Virus record (IMG/VR): IMGVR_UViG_3300032116_018935
Coordinates: 1-44,661 of that record
Length of the DNA: 44,661 nt
Strand: one strand, 5' to 3'
DNA from: a virus
Taxonomy: Duplodnaviria; Caudoviricetes
The stretch's first letter is position 1. Each line of letters begins with the position of its first letter. Made by a program: the position numbers and the translations under genes. This document shows positions 10,189-20,277 of the stretch, one piece after another. The notes beneath the pieces are model-generated. The model was given only the letters and a program-made list of their open reading frames with translations, was not told where the DNA came from and made no database searches.

Positions 10189-11853
10189 TTAGTCTGCTGC
10201 TTGGGTGCCATCAAGATACAAGACCAATTCTTCTTCATACGAGTTTTCTCTGACTTTATAGAATTGAGTATAATTCAATTCATTTTTTGGAAATCCGTCA
10301 TAAAAAGATAGGGCAAAAACCATTCCTAGTGCTTTTTGTTTTGTGTCGCAAGACCACGGAGAGCATAGTGTGTCTCCTATATCTGAATTAACGCATCCTT
10401 TAACCTCCGGTTCAGCAGGATCAGCAGGCTTATATCCTTTGCATGATTTTTGATCAGTCCTCAACAATTTTAGCATACATTTCAAATGAGATTCTGTAAC
10501 TAAAAAACTGCCATCTGGAATCGGTCCCCATGTAGGATGTCCGCCATCATTCCATTTTCCCCAGCTATTGGCTAATAAAAATACACATTCATTATAGTCT
10601 ACTTTTCGATCATCATATCCTATTATTGCATATGAATGATACCATATTCTATCGGGATATGATAGACCAGAAGAATCTCTCACATTAGAAAAACCAACAT
10701 TGGTCATTATAACAACGCCATAACCATTATAACACAAATCTTTAATAGATTGCATTATATCTTCGGACGATCTGGAATGTAAAAGAGATATTGTTTTTAC
10801 TCTCTGTATTCCAGGAATATTATTATCTTTACAATTTTTTAAGGGAGAATTACTGTAATCTATATCTGTGTGCGTTATATAATTGTATCCATTAATTTTT
10901 TGGAAATATTTTAGCAGTAGATCGCCTGGACAACTATAAAAATTTGGTCCACTATTATTTAGTAAATTTACATATCCTCCATATGATTTACGTTTTAATA
11001 TTCCAATATGTATCAATGGATATTCTTCTACTGGTAAATTAATCTCATCTTGTGTGATGTCGTAATATCTTCTTGAACCAAGACCCACCCTAAACTGAGC
11101 GTCTCTTTCTCCGGTAACATCATCACAGCAGAGATTCATTTGTTGGACACAGCTCAGTCCTCCGGTACAGCATGGATCCTTGCTATTATCTTCTTTGCAT
11201 TCTTTGCAAGGACTACAAATAGCTGGCTTGGTTCCATCTCCATCAGTTTTGCACTTAAATTTTGGAGACCCTAATGCGGAGCCTTGATTGCTGCCTGTAG
11301 ATTGATTTCTCCATGAGGGGAGACAGTCCATATCTCCGCAACCCGTTGCTCTATCATAGAATGCCTTTCCTGCGTCAACTAAATTTGGTCCTAGAGTCAT
11401 TAAACAGTCGGTAATAAAATTATCACCAAAATGTTGCATATACTCCGTAGCACCTCTATGCTCCCAACTGGTATAATTTTTACTCTTTTCTAAATCACAA
11501 GCTCTCATAATGTCACAAGCATTTCTTATTGCGTGTGATGTTCCACTTTTAATATCTGGTTGAACTTCTGTGAATGCTTCTACGTCGAGCCTTTGTAGAA
11601 ACCTAAAAGCTAAGCACAATTTGTCGGATCCAGTATTCAATATGCCGGATGGATTTTGTTGAGGAGTTTGTTTTCCAAATGGTGCCTTATCAAAGCAAGG
11701 ATACTTAAGCTGTTTCAGAAAATTAGATAATCTTTGAAGATCATACGGGGTTCCTGCTCCTATATCTCCTTGTTGTTGACCCAAAAAATCAGAATGCCCA
11801 GGCTCACACGGCTCTGCTGTATACTGATAATACAATTCCTTTGGACTTAACAT
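10189..11853 (-). CDS. Papain-like (C1) peptidase homologue with Cys-rich insertion; nucleophile Cys apparently absent
   Basis: HSYAIIGYD and LANSWG retained; QPDIKSGTSHAIRNACD aligns with QTTGDCVSHGTRNACD of 18440..19366. Confidence 0.8.
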   Translation of the reverse strand: MLSPKELYYQYTAEPCEPGHSDFLGQQQGDIGAGTPYDLQRLSNFLKQLKYPCFDKAPFGKQTPQQNPSGILNTGSDKLCLAFRFLQRLDVEAFTEVQPDIKSGTSHAIRNACDIMRACDLEKSKNYTSWEHRGATEYMQHFGDNFITDCLMTLGPNLVDAGKAFYDRATGCGDMDCLPSWRNQSTGSNQGSALGSPKFKCKTDGDGTKPAICSPCKECKEDNSKDPCCTGGLSCVQQMNLCCDDVTGERDAQFRVGLGSRRYYDITQDEINLPVEEYPLIHIGILKRKSYGGYVNLLNNSGPNFYSCPGDLLLKYFQKINGYNYITHTDIDYSNSPLKNCKDNNIPGIQRVKTISLLHSRSSEDIMQSIKDLCYNGYGVVIMTNVGFSNVRDSSGLSYPDRIWYHSYAIIGYDDRKVDYNECVFLLANSWGKWNDGGHPTWGPIPDGSFLVTESHLKCMLKLLRTDQKSCKGYKPADPAEPEVKGCVNSDIGDTLCSPWSCDTKQKALGMVFALSFYDGFPKNELNYTQFYKVRENSYEEELVLYLDGTQAAD

Positions 11854-11862
11854 TATATGATA

Positions 11863-12111
11863 TCATTTTTGGTTAAGTTTGTTATAAAGTACAAGAGCTA
11901 AAACAGAACCAGCAACACCCATAACTAATCCAGCTGGTGAAACAGTTTGATACTGACCCAGAAGATAAAGAATGGCACCTCCCAAATATGAGCCAGCAAC
12001 ACCAAGAGCAACAGTTTTTACAAAACCGAAATTTTCTTCTCCGGGTACTATGCTTTTAGCAATAGCGCCGACAAAAATACCATATACACACCATATTAAT
12101 ATACTAAACAT
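11863..12111 (-). CDS. GlsB/YeaQ/YmgE (transglycosylase-associated) membrane protein
   Basis: 82 aa, three hydrophobic helices, GIFVGAIAKSIVPG...LGVAGSYLGG...GVAGSVLAL. Confidence 0.88.
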   Translation of the reverse strand: MFSILIWCVYGIFVGAIAKSIVPGEENFGFVKTVALGVAGSYLGGAILYLLGQYQTVSPAGLVMGVAGSVLALVLYNKLNQK

Positions 12112-12490
12112 TTGCAGCCTCCACTAATGAATAAACTTCATCATCCTTGAGATTTTCGCCAACATCCATTAAACTTTCTGTTAGTTTGATACTATATTTT
12201 TTATATTGTTCTGAATTAAGATGCTTTTTAATAATACGTTTTATACGTAGTCTGGTAAACCATCCTCTTTTTTTGCTGAATGTTCTTATAGACTCACCGT
12301 AAATTGGTGTTTTGTCTTGGGCTGTCATATTTTCAGTTTTATTTTTATTACATTCTTGTAATACTCTTATTAAAGTTAAAATAATGCTAATTACCATTAG
12401 TATAGCTATAACACTACCAAATTCTTCTTCCTCTGGTATGCCAGCTTTGTTCATTACATTTTTAGCGATGCCTTTAACTTCACTGTTCAT
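12104..12490 (-). CDS. Hypothetical single-pass membrane protein
   Basis: Hydrophobic VIAILMVISIILTLI segment; operonic overlap. Confidence 0.7.
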   Translation of the reverse strand: MNSEVKGIAKNVMNKAGIPEEEEFGSVIAILMVISIILTLIRVLQECNKNKTENMTAQDKTPIYGESIRTFSKKRGWFTRLRIKRIIKKHLNSEQYKKYSIKLTESLMDVGENLKDDEVYSLVEAANV

Positions 12491-12495
12491 GATAT

Positions 12496-12858
12496 TTACC
12501 TTTGTAAATTAGTGCATGATCCATCATTGCATCTGGGTTTAGAATTTAGTATAATTGGTGGATGTACAATAACTTTTGGTTTACTGTATGCTGGAGCAGT
12601 CGGCTCAGGTTGTTTGGTGTCTGGTATACAGTAGCCACACGGCACCTTGGTTATTTTATCTCCACTGACATAGTAACCTTTACCTAAGCATATTGGACAA
12701 TCTTTTCTTTTATATTTTTTTGTATTATCTACATGTTGAGCTTTTACTATTCCTCCGGCAATAAGAACAGAAGCTGTTGAAGATAAATCAGCAGAGTAAA
12801 CAGATGATCCCGAAAAGATTACTGTTATAATTAATAAAATTGATATTATTTTATTCAT
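12496..12858 (-). CDS. Exported protein with a DnaJ-like CxxCxGxG...CxxC motif
   Basis: Signal peptide ending VYS-A; CPICLGKG...CGYC; C-terminal CNDGSC. Confidence 0.7.
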   Translation of the reverse strand: MNKIISILLIITVIFSGSSVYSADLSSTASVLIAGGIVKAQHVDNTKKYKRKDCPICLGKGYYVSGDKITKVPCGYCIPDTKQPEPTAPAYSKPKVIVHPPIILNSKPRCNDGSCTNLQR

Positions 12859-13012
12859 CTTTATTCCTCCATGGGAGAATTTTTTTTCTTTTTGGTTTTG
12901 GGATATCTATATCATCTACGCTTTTAGGCGCAAAAATTTTGAGTAAGCCTAAAATAAAATTGGTAATAATACTAATAAGTCTATTTAATACAATTTGATC
13001 TATAATCTTCAT
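12851..13012 (-). CDS. Small amphipathic/membrane protein (53 aa), missing from the ORF track
   Basis: Hand translation MKIIDQIVLNRLISIITNFILGLLKIFAPKSVDDIDIPKPKRKKILPWRNKDE*; fills the gap and overlaps the next start. Confidence 0.7.
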   Translation of the reverse strand: MKIIDQIVLNRLISIITNFILGLLKIFAPKSVDDIDIPKPKRKKILPWRNKDE

Positions 13013-13016
13013 ATAA

Positions 13017-16000
13017 TTACCTATGATAGTAGGTTATCGAAGTTGGAGGAGGATTAGCTCCCAAATAACATCGCTCATCTGTATACCACTGATTATTAAC
13101 TGTTCCAATTTTTTGATTATTTGTATAAGGTATTATACCACTATATACACCGGTATTGGCATAAAAATCGACCCAATGCCTTTCATATATATCATTAAAG
13201 TATTTTTGTATTTTCCATCTGTATGGATATACCCCTGTTGAGGATAGCGCTATTCTATACCATGAATAACCGGTCCTTTTACTAAAGATATGTCCATATT
13301 GATCTGTACTATCTCTTGTGTAATCATATCCACCATTATGAGAGTATGTATAAATACCATTTACTTCCGAAGAACCAGCCCCGGTGATAACTATAGTTGG
13401 AGCACTAATATATTCTGTGTCTGGAATAATATAAACTTTGGCCGTATTAGAGCCAGAATCTATACTCCAGTAAAGATCCCATTTATTATATTCTGTTCTA
13501 GTTACAACAGGAGAAGAAGTAGGATCATTATTATTTGTTGTAACATCACAAACAAATAAATTACTCTGTAAGAAATTTCTTATATCGCTTGGCAAACCAC
13601 CTGTTGATCGTATCAGTATGTTAGAATTAATAGTAGATGGATTAAAGTCATAAATATCTACTACTTTACCATTAAATAATTGACCAGTAATTTGTACTGG
13701 TAAAATTCTATATGTATAAGTAGCATCAGAATTAATAAATGGAGAACCACTATATCCACTATATATAATGTCTGTAGAAGTTATTGAATTATTAATCCAT
13801 ACAGAATCTGGAGGAGCTACTTGCTCATTCTGTCCACACAAGAAATCTGTTCCTATAAAATTATATGATGGCCAACAATAGTTTGTTAATATTCCAGTAG
13901 TTGTACTAACACTTGTTGGAGTATCAACAAAAGAACATGGAAGGCCCGCTCTGCATGAGTAAACAAAGTCCCATGTAGCTTTGACAGGTATTTTATTATC
14001 AAAATATTGTCTATCATCAATCCAATCTCCATAAAAATTTTGCCATCTATCATATGTTTGTAAAGAACCAAGACCTTGTATTGTAACATTGTCTGGGACA
14101 TAGGGTCTACCAATAGAATCTATATGTCCTAAAGTAGATCCATCTACTCTAAATGCAAATCCAAGATCAGATACTCCAGTACAAATAGGAGAAGCCAAAT
14201 TTTCATAATCATAATTATATATTGATATAAATCCCGGACCAATTTCTGTATTAGCAGTTCCTGGGACATAAGATTCTGTATTTTTTATATATATACTATT
14301 ATTTAAATATGTAGGATTATAGCTATTACTAGGATCGTTAAAGGCTCTACCATCATTAAATGGGGATCCACTTATATAATTATTAATACTATGATTAATA
14401 GTGTGTGTAGCTCTATCTACAACAACCCAATTCCTATATGGATGCCTCCATCTTATTGGAAGAGCTATACCCACACTTAATCTAGAACCCATGTTAGATG
14501 TTCCAAAATCACCAAACAAGTTATCTCCAGTACATGGACATGGTGGTTGAACGGCGGTAAAAACTAATGTAGCAGGAAATGCGAAAGCATCTTCAAGAAT
14601 AATTGCTGATGTATTATTTTGATCATTATAGTAAGATGTTTTTAATTCTAAATAACCTTTATATAAAAGGTTTTCTGTTGTCTCTGCTAGTCTTGCCAGC
14701 GTTAGATTTCTATAAACTCCTCCATAGTCATCATGATCATACGTTCTAAGATTATGAGTACTTTCTCCACTATTAAATATCCATCCACCAGCTGTTAACC
14801 ATGTTGATCCATTACCGTAATCAAATACATAAGTACCTGAAAAAACTGGATCATCTATAGTGATTTTAATTTTATTTGAGATAGATACACTATAATTAGA
14901 ATTACATAATAATTCTGTAGCATATGATGGGGGATCTATTCTTTGTGTAGCTAAATAATTATTTTTTGATAATGTCATAGTATGAGTTTTGTCATTATTA
15001 CAATGACCTGGATCCCACGGTTCAAGAGAGACATGTGTAGGATCTGTTAAATTAAAGCAAGTATATGTTGTGGTAACAATTCCATTAGTACCTGTGTTAT
15101 AAATTCCTGGCGAACCAGTGGCCCAAGCATTTCTTTTTATATTGTCAAAACCGACTTCATAGCCTGGTTCTGGATGTGGATTTCCGCTTATATCAACTGT
15201 AAACCAGCTATTATTAGGAAGAGCCCATACTGTTTCAAGCACATTGTAGGATTCTTTTTCACAAGCACTACTGTATCCGGTACCAATTATATTACCAAAA
15301 TTATCATATTCCCAATAAAAAGAGGTTCCAGTTTTTGCAACACCAAAACTTACTCCAGTAATTGGAACAGAATAGTAGTTTGATGGAGGACTTCCAGAGG
15401 GGGCGCGTAATATAAGGTCTAATGAAGAGCCTATTCCGTCATAAGTAGGACCATAATCACTTGTTACCATATTATAGTATCCAAGTTTGACAGACTGATC
15501 TAATTTCCATGAACTTCTGAAATTTGATAATATTTTATCTTTTAATCCAGAATAATAAGATATTATAGTACCAGCCTCGGTGTGTTGTGGTTCTCTTAAA
15601 GAGTAAGGTGCTACGTTGATAAATACTGCGGATTCTCCAGGATCAAGAGTTGTCCATCCGCTCGGTATAAGAGGTATTCTATCGGTTGTAGGTGAGGTCA
15701 TGGGTCCATGGACCATACCATAAATATGTAAGCCAGATATATTAACACTTGATGTGTCAAAATTTGTTATCTCAAACCAATCCGGACCATTAGGGTTATA
15801 ATCAGTATTCTCTAAATATCCATTCACCCAACCTTCTGATATTGTTCCATATCTTAATCCATGAGAAGGCATAGCTTCTGTTATACCAATTTGCATTGTT
15901 GGAGCATAGTCTCTGTAATAAATTCCTGGAGATCCGGTTGCAACTATACCTTGTCCAGATCCTCTATATCCGCCTCTTTCGCCAGCTTCTCCAATAGGTG

Positions 16001-18443
16001 GCCCTACGACTCTAATATTAGTTATGCCTGTATTAGTAACAGATTTATCGTTAGAATTATATTCCCAATAGAATGAACGATTGGTTATAGCTTTACCAAA
16101 AGATACTCCAGTGAAATAGACCCAAGAATTTTGGGAAGAACCAGAAGGAACAAATAAGTGAGTACCATCTCCATTAGAACTAAACGACACAGCAGATCCG
16201 AAATAATATCCTATCTTGGTAGTAGATGGCAAACTCCAAAACTGTCTAAATGCTGGAATAGCCACAGCTGGATTATTTGTTTCAATAAATACCGCCGACT
16301 CACCAGAACCTAAAGATGTCCAACCGGATGGAATAATAGATACTGCATAATCTATGCTCTTACTATCATCATCCATTTTCCATCCAGAAATATTGATTCC
16401 AGAAGTATCAAAATTTGTAATTTCAAACCAGTCCGGGGCCGAAGATAATCCATATTTTGCAGTAGAGTTGCTCATAACTTCTGTTATTCCAATTTTCATA
16501 GTAGGAACATATGGAGTATCACCAGGTGGCGTTACGGTACTAGATCTAGCTAATATTGGTTGTGCGGCAAATCCCCAGAGGTCATTAACTCCTTTAGGAA
16601 CAACACTAAAATATAATCCTTCAAATAAGTTTGAAATATCGCTCATTTCACTTTGTAATATAGCGTATAAAGAGTCCATATTTCCAGAGGATACTGTATA
16701 AGTAGTATTAGTAGTAGTCATTCCATGACTAGTATTCGAAGAAGAATATCCTCCGTAGCGATACTTATGATCCGTAGAAGCTAAAAATATAATTTCATAA
16801 GTAATATTAGAAATAGATTGACTAGAAACATTCGTTGTGACAGGATCCCAATTCATTACAAAATTACCATTAACTAGTTGACCATTAAGATTGGTAACTG
16901 GTCTTGGTCTACCTAGAAAGTAATCTACTCTATCATCACTATTTTGTATGAAACTTATTAAGTTATTTTTTGCAGATGTGATGGTTGAAGATGTTGTGGA
17001 AATTGGTTGTTTAATATCGCTATTAAAGGTATCTATTTTTTGATCAAAGATAGTATTAATATAGTTTATTATATTAGAATCATTTTTTAACCAATTATTG
17101 AATGCTACTAGTTCTGTAGCAAACTGGGTGAGTGTTGTATTATTTGCCCAGCATTGTTGTAAAAATCTACCATAGGCAAACCATCCTAATGCATTAAGAG
17201 CATCCTCACTACAATAACTATCTGAACCCCATGGTATTACATGAAATTTATTATTGTTATCAGCAGCTAGATAACTATTATTTAAAAAGGTGTTGTATCC
17301 ATCCATTTGCCCCAACAAAAGTTCAATAACAGCAAATTTAATGAACTGATTAATATTAGCATAATTGGAAAAATTAGTATACCAATTAGAGGTAGAAGCC
17401 AACGCTGTTAAAAAATTGTTAATATTAGAACGACTCGATCCATATTCTCTGCTATAGTATAAATCACTAGATGGAACATTTAGTTCTTGATTACTTGTTG
17501 TTACTCCTAATTCATATAATCCTGTAGTATTATTTGTGCCAAAAAATTCATTAATCTTGTAAAGATTTTTTAAATTTTCTACATTGGTATATTCACCATA
17601 ATCAGTGTAGAATTCTACTTCTACACTAGACAGAGTAGGCAAAGTATATTCTGTACCATTTAGAACATCAGACACTTTAAAAGATGTATCTGTTTTCCCG
17701 GAAGACATCACATAAAAAATGCTATCATTTGATATGTTTCCTAAACCAACAAATTTTACTCTCATTCCGGGAAACAAGTAATGATTACTATTGGTAGTTA
17801 TAGTATTATTTGTTACGCTAGTAATTTTAGTAGTGCTATCATTTATAAAGACTCTAATAAAATTAGTTCTAGGCGCCAACATTCCATAGTCTCTATATAT
17901 TTTATATATAATATGTTCTGTTATTTTTGCTGGACTCTGTATCATATTATTTATAGTCAGATCAGTAGCGAGACCTAATCCACCTATTGATGATGATGAT
18001 TTAACTCTCAGCGGCATCTTTCTATTGTATGGTAAGAAACTTCCAAACCCTTTAACTCTTGCTTCTACATTATGGGGACCGTATTTTTGAACTATATTAT
18101 TTATTTTATACGAAATAGTAAGTTCAACAGGAGAATAGGTTTGTTTCCATCCGAGAGGATTTTGGCCACGAGCAATAATCTGTTCATCAGTGAGAATGGT
18201 AGGAGCTAAAAATTTTTCTGGATCATACAGCATTCTTGACGGACCATAGTTTTGAGCAACTTCCATCAAGTTTGCCTTAGCTGTGCTGTCTATCCTAAAA
18301 TCAAAGCTAATATCAGAATTTATAGAATAAAAATCTTCTGGAAAATTAAAAATAATTCCATCATTATTGTAGACATATATTTGATTGTTTTGAAAACTAA
18401 CATAAAATTTATTATCTAGTTTTCTAACGCAAAAATTTGTCAT
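13017..18443 (-). CDS. 1808-aa multidomain protein: CotH kinase-like domain, FN3-like domain, two lamin-tail-domain-like repeats, long C-terminal beta-rich region
   Basis: APRTNFIRVFIN, YGEYTNVE, LLGQMDGY, NNSYL, KFHVIPW (CotH); PVTNL...MNWDPV...ITYEI (FN3); ITEVMSN...DWFEITN...NISGW (LTD). Confidence 0.75.
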   Translation of the reverse strand: MTNFCVRKLDNKFYVSFQNNQIYVYNNDGIIFNFPEDFYSINSDISFDFRIDSTAKANLMEVAQNYGPSRMLYDPEKFLAPTILTDEQIIARGQNPLGWKQTYSPVELTISYKINNIVQKYGPHNVEARVKGFGSFLPYNRKMPLRVKSSSSIGGLGLATDLTINNMIQSPAKITEHIIYKIYRDYGMLAPRTNFIRVFINDSTTKITSVTNNTITTNSNHYLFPGMRVKFVGLGNISNDSIFYVMSSGKTDTSFKVSDVLNGTEYTLPTLSSVEVEFYTDYGEYTNVENLKNLYKINEFFGTNNTTGLYELGVTTSNQELNVPSSDLYYSREYGSSRSNINNFLTALASTSNWYTNFSNYANINQFIKFAVIELLLGQMDGYNTFLNNSYLAADNNNKFHVIPWGSDSYCSEDALNALGWFAYGRFLQQCWANNTTLTQFATELVAFNNWLKNDSNIINYINTIFDQKIDTFNSDIKQPISTTSSTITSAKNNLISFIQNSDDRVDYFLGRPRPVTNLNGQLVNGNFVMNWDPVTTNVSSQSISNITYEIIFLASTDHKYRYGGYSSSNTSHGMTTTNTTYTVSSGNMDSLYAILQSEMSDISNLFEGLYFSVVPKGVNDLWGFAAQPILARSSTVTPPGDTPYVPTMKIGITEVMSNSTAKYGLSSAPDWFEITNFDTSGINISGWKMDDDSKSIDYAVSIIPSGWTSLGSGESAVFIETNNPAVAIPAFRQFWSLPSTTKIGYYFGSAVSFSSNGDGTHLFVPSGSSQNSWVYFTGVSFGKAITNRSFYWEYNSNDKSVTNTGITNIRVVGPPIGEAGERGGYRGSGQGIVATGSPGIYYRDYAPTMQIGITEAMPSHGLRYGTISEGWVNGYLENTDYNPNGPDWFEITNFDTSSVNISGLHIYGMVHGPMTSPTTDRIPLIPSGWTTLDPGESAVFINVAPYSLREPQHTEAGTIISYYSGLKDKILSNFRSSWKLDQSVKLGYYNMVTSDYGPTYDGIGSSLDLILRAPSGSPPSNYYSVPITGVSFGVAKTGTSFYWEYDNFGNIIGTGYSSACEKESYNVLETVWALPNNSWFTVDISGNPHPEPGYEVGFDNIKRNAWATGSPGIYNTGTNGIVTTTYTCFNLTDPTHVSLEPWDPGHCNNDKTHTMTLSKNNYLATQRIDPPSYATELLCNSNYSVSISNKIKITIDDPVFSGTYVFDYGNGSTWLTAGGWIFNSGESTHNLRTYDHDDYGGVYRNLTLARLAETTENLLYKGYLELKTSYYNDQNNTSAIILEDAFAFPATLVFTAVQPPCPCTGDNLFGDFGTSNMGSRLSVGIALPIRWRHPYRNWVVVDRATHTINHSINNYISGSPFNDGRAFNDPSNSYNPTYLNNSIYIKNTESYVPGTANTEIGPGFISIYNYDYENLASPICTGVSDLGFAFRVDGSTLGHIDSIGRPYVPDNVTIQGLGSLQTYDRWQNFYGDWIDDRQYFDNKIPVKATWDFVYSCRAGLPCSFVDTPTSVSTTTGILTNYCWPSYNFIGTDFLCGQNEQVAPPDSVWINNSITSTDIIYSGYSGSPFINSDATYTYRILPVQITGQLFNGKVVDIYDFNPSTINSNILIRSTGGLPSDIRNFLQSNLFVCDVTTNNNDPTSSPVVTRTEYNKWDLYWSIDSGSNTAKVYIIPDTEYISAPTIVITGAGSSEVNGIYTYSHNGGYDYTRDSTDQYGHIFSKRTGYSWYRIALSSTGVYPYRWKIQKYFNDIYERHWVDFYANTGVYSGIIPYTNNQKIGTVNNQWYTDERCYLGANPPPTSITYYHR
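15100..16505 (-). repeat. Tandem duplicated lamin-tail-like module (about 15915-16505 and 15100-15903)
   Basis: Both copies share TMxIGITE, PDWFEITNFDTS, IPSGWTxL, GESAVFI, TGVSFG, SFYWEY, ATGSPGIY. Confidence 0.85.
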
Positions 18444-19366
18444 AGATAGTCAAAGCCATAATCCGGTAATTTCTGAAGTGGGAATCCATCAAAATTACTA
18501 AATGCATAACTACCATTAGCAGCTAGCATTCCGGCTGCAACTTCAGCCCTGATAAGAAAACTTCCATCTGGAATCGGACCCCAATCTGGATGTCCACCGT
18601 CGTTCCACTTACCCCAACTATTTTGCACTAGGAATAATGGCTCACTACCAGTATCATCACAGGCTATCCAAGCCATACAATGGGCCCAGTTACCACTAGT
18701 ATTAGCGATACCTTTTTTATCTCGCTTATTACTAAATCCATAATTAGAGCATACAGCTAATCCATAACCATTAGCTAATGCATCTCTTGCTTCTTCAATA
18801 GTTTTTATGAGACTGGCTGTTTTAATTTGATGATCATTAGCAAGATCAATAACAGGATCTGGCAATCCTCTGCCTCCCCAGCCTGCTCCTAAACTACCAT
18901 TGTATTTGCTAAAATCAGCCACACCCTTATAGTTTTTACGAAGTACTATTCCGCCATTTTCGCTAACGAAAGTTGCTGCTCTAGCACAGCTCATGCCCTC
19001 TCCACCGTGGCCTCTTGCTCCATAAATTGCTTCAGTTGCACCTCTAGCAATCCATGCTTCGCGTTCACCATGAACATCAATTTCTACGGCTCTACTCACA
19101 TCACAAGCGTTTCTTGTTCCATGGCTTACGCAATCTCCAGTAGTTTGCCTTTCTTCGTATGCCTTTTTATCAAATTTTAAAACGCTTTTATATGGTGTAG
19201 AGAGTTTGCCTTTTCCACTATTTTTAAATTTCTTTCCGATAGCATCTCCAAATAGGGGGTATTTACTGTTTTCTAGTAGTTGGTCAAACACATGCTGTTC
19301 CCATAGACAGCCACTAAAACCTTTTCTATAATTGTTATAGAGTTCGTCTGGAGTGTATCTTGGCAT
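18440..19366 (-). CDS. Papain-like (C1) cysteine peptidase, intact catalytic set
   Basis: QTTGDCVSH (oxyanion Gln, Cys), WAHCMAW (His), VQNSWG (Asn). Confidence 0.88.
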   Translation of the reverse strand: MPRYTPDELYNNYRKGFSGCLWEQHVFDQLLENSKYPLFGDAIGKKFKNSGKGKLSTPYKSVLKFDKKAYEERQTTGDCVSHGTRNACDVSRAVEIDVHGEREAWIARGATEAIYGARGHGGEGMSCARAATFVSENGGIVLRKNYKGVADFSKYNGSLGAGWGGRGLPDPVIDLANDHQIKTASLIKTIEEARDALANGYGLAVCSNYGFSNKRDKKGIANTSGNWAHCMAWIACDDTGSEPLFLVQNSWGKWNDGGHPDWGPIPDGSFLIRAEVAAGMLAANGSYAFSNFDGFPLQKLPDYGFDYL

Positions 19367-19860
19367 TATTTGCTTCCTTCATTGCAGGCCCACGCTAGTA
19401 CTCTGAAGCCTTCTACGGCTTTAGTTCTCAGGTCGCTATTTAATAAAAGTTGATCGTCCCCCACTGATTGCACAATCAATGCTTGTGCTGCTGCTGGCAA
19501 ATCTGGATATTTACCTTTAATATTCAGTTTTAACATCGCACCAGATAGTCTATTGGCCTGTCTGATTTCTTCTGTATTAGTAATTACTTGATCCTCTCCG
19601 TCTAGTGATATCAAAGTAGCTACATCATTATATAGTTTAGCTAATTTTTTACCGTCTACAGATCTATCATTATTAACAGATAATGCTTTTATAACATCAT
19701 CACATTTTGCCTTTAGTTCATCTGATGTTGGAGCAACAAATTCTTTTTCATCAATTGATACAACTGATTTATTGGTAAAAAAATTATTAATAAATACTGG
19801 TTTAAATAAACCAATTGTTAATAATAGTCCTGCTAAAATTAATAGTTTATTATTCATCAT
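19366..19860 (-). CDS. Hypothetical membrane-anchored protein
   Basis: N-terminal hydrophobic helix; helical domain with two Cys. Confidence 0.75.
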   Translation of the reverse strand: MMNNKLLILAGLLLTIGLFKPVFINNFFTNKSVVSIDEKEFVAPTSDELKAKCDDVIKALSVNNDRSVDGKKLAKLYNDVATLISLDGEDQVITNTEEIRQANRLSGAMLKLNIKGKYPDLPAAAQALIVQSVGDDQLLLNSDLRTKAVEGFRVLAWACNEGSK

Positions 19861-20261
19861 ACAACCTTATCCTTTGCGTCTTCTTTTTGACAAGAATTTG
19901 GACTTAAAAATGGAAACATATCATCAGCTACTTTTACTGCTTTATCACATCCGCTCTTAACAGCAAGATCTCTTGTTTTTTTCCAAGACGATACTAGTTC
20001 AAAGAAAGTGTTATCTGTGCTAACAACATTCTTAGTATCTGTTTTGATTACATTGACTATTGATGATCCTAGGGTTTGTGGAGCAGCTCTATTTGCAATT
20101 AATTTTTCATATGTATTTTTAACAAATAATGCTACTGGACTTAATTTATCCTTAAATAAAATCCATAGTATTAATCCTATTCCAGCATATAACGCCAAAT
20201 CCGTTGGTGTTGTTTTGGTTGCGAACTGATCAAAACTCTGAGTCAAAATTTCAGTATTCAT
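19857..20261 (-). CDS. Hypothetical membrane protein
   Basis: Start MNTEIL with GAGGA RBS; LALYAGIGLILWILF helix. Confidence 0.75.
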   Translation of the reverse strand: MNTEILTQSFDQFATKTTPTDLALYAGIGLILWILFKDKLSPVALFVKNTYEKLIANRAAPQTLGSSIVNVIKTDTKNVVSTDNTFFELVSSWKKTRDLAVKSGCDKAVKVADDMFPFLSPNSCQKEDAKDKVV

Positions 20262-20277
20262 ACTATTCCTCTGATTA

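Noticed and set aside
3058-14113. Nested minus-strand ORFs 3058..3243, 9359..9577, 13886..14113
   Set aside because: Short alternate-frame ORFs inside long genes with no independent support
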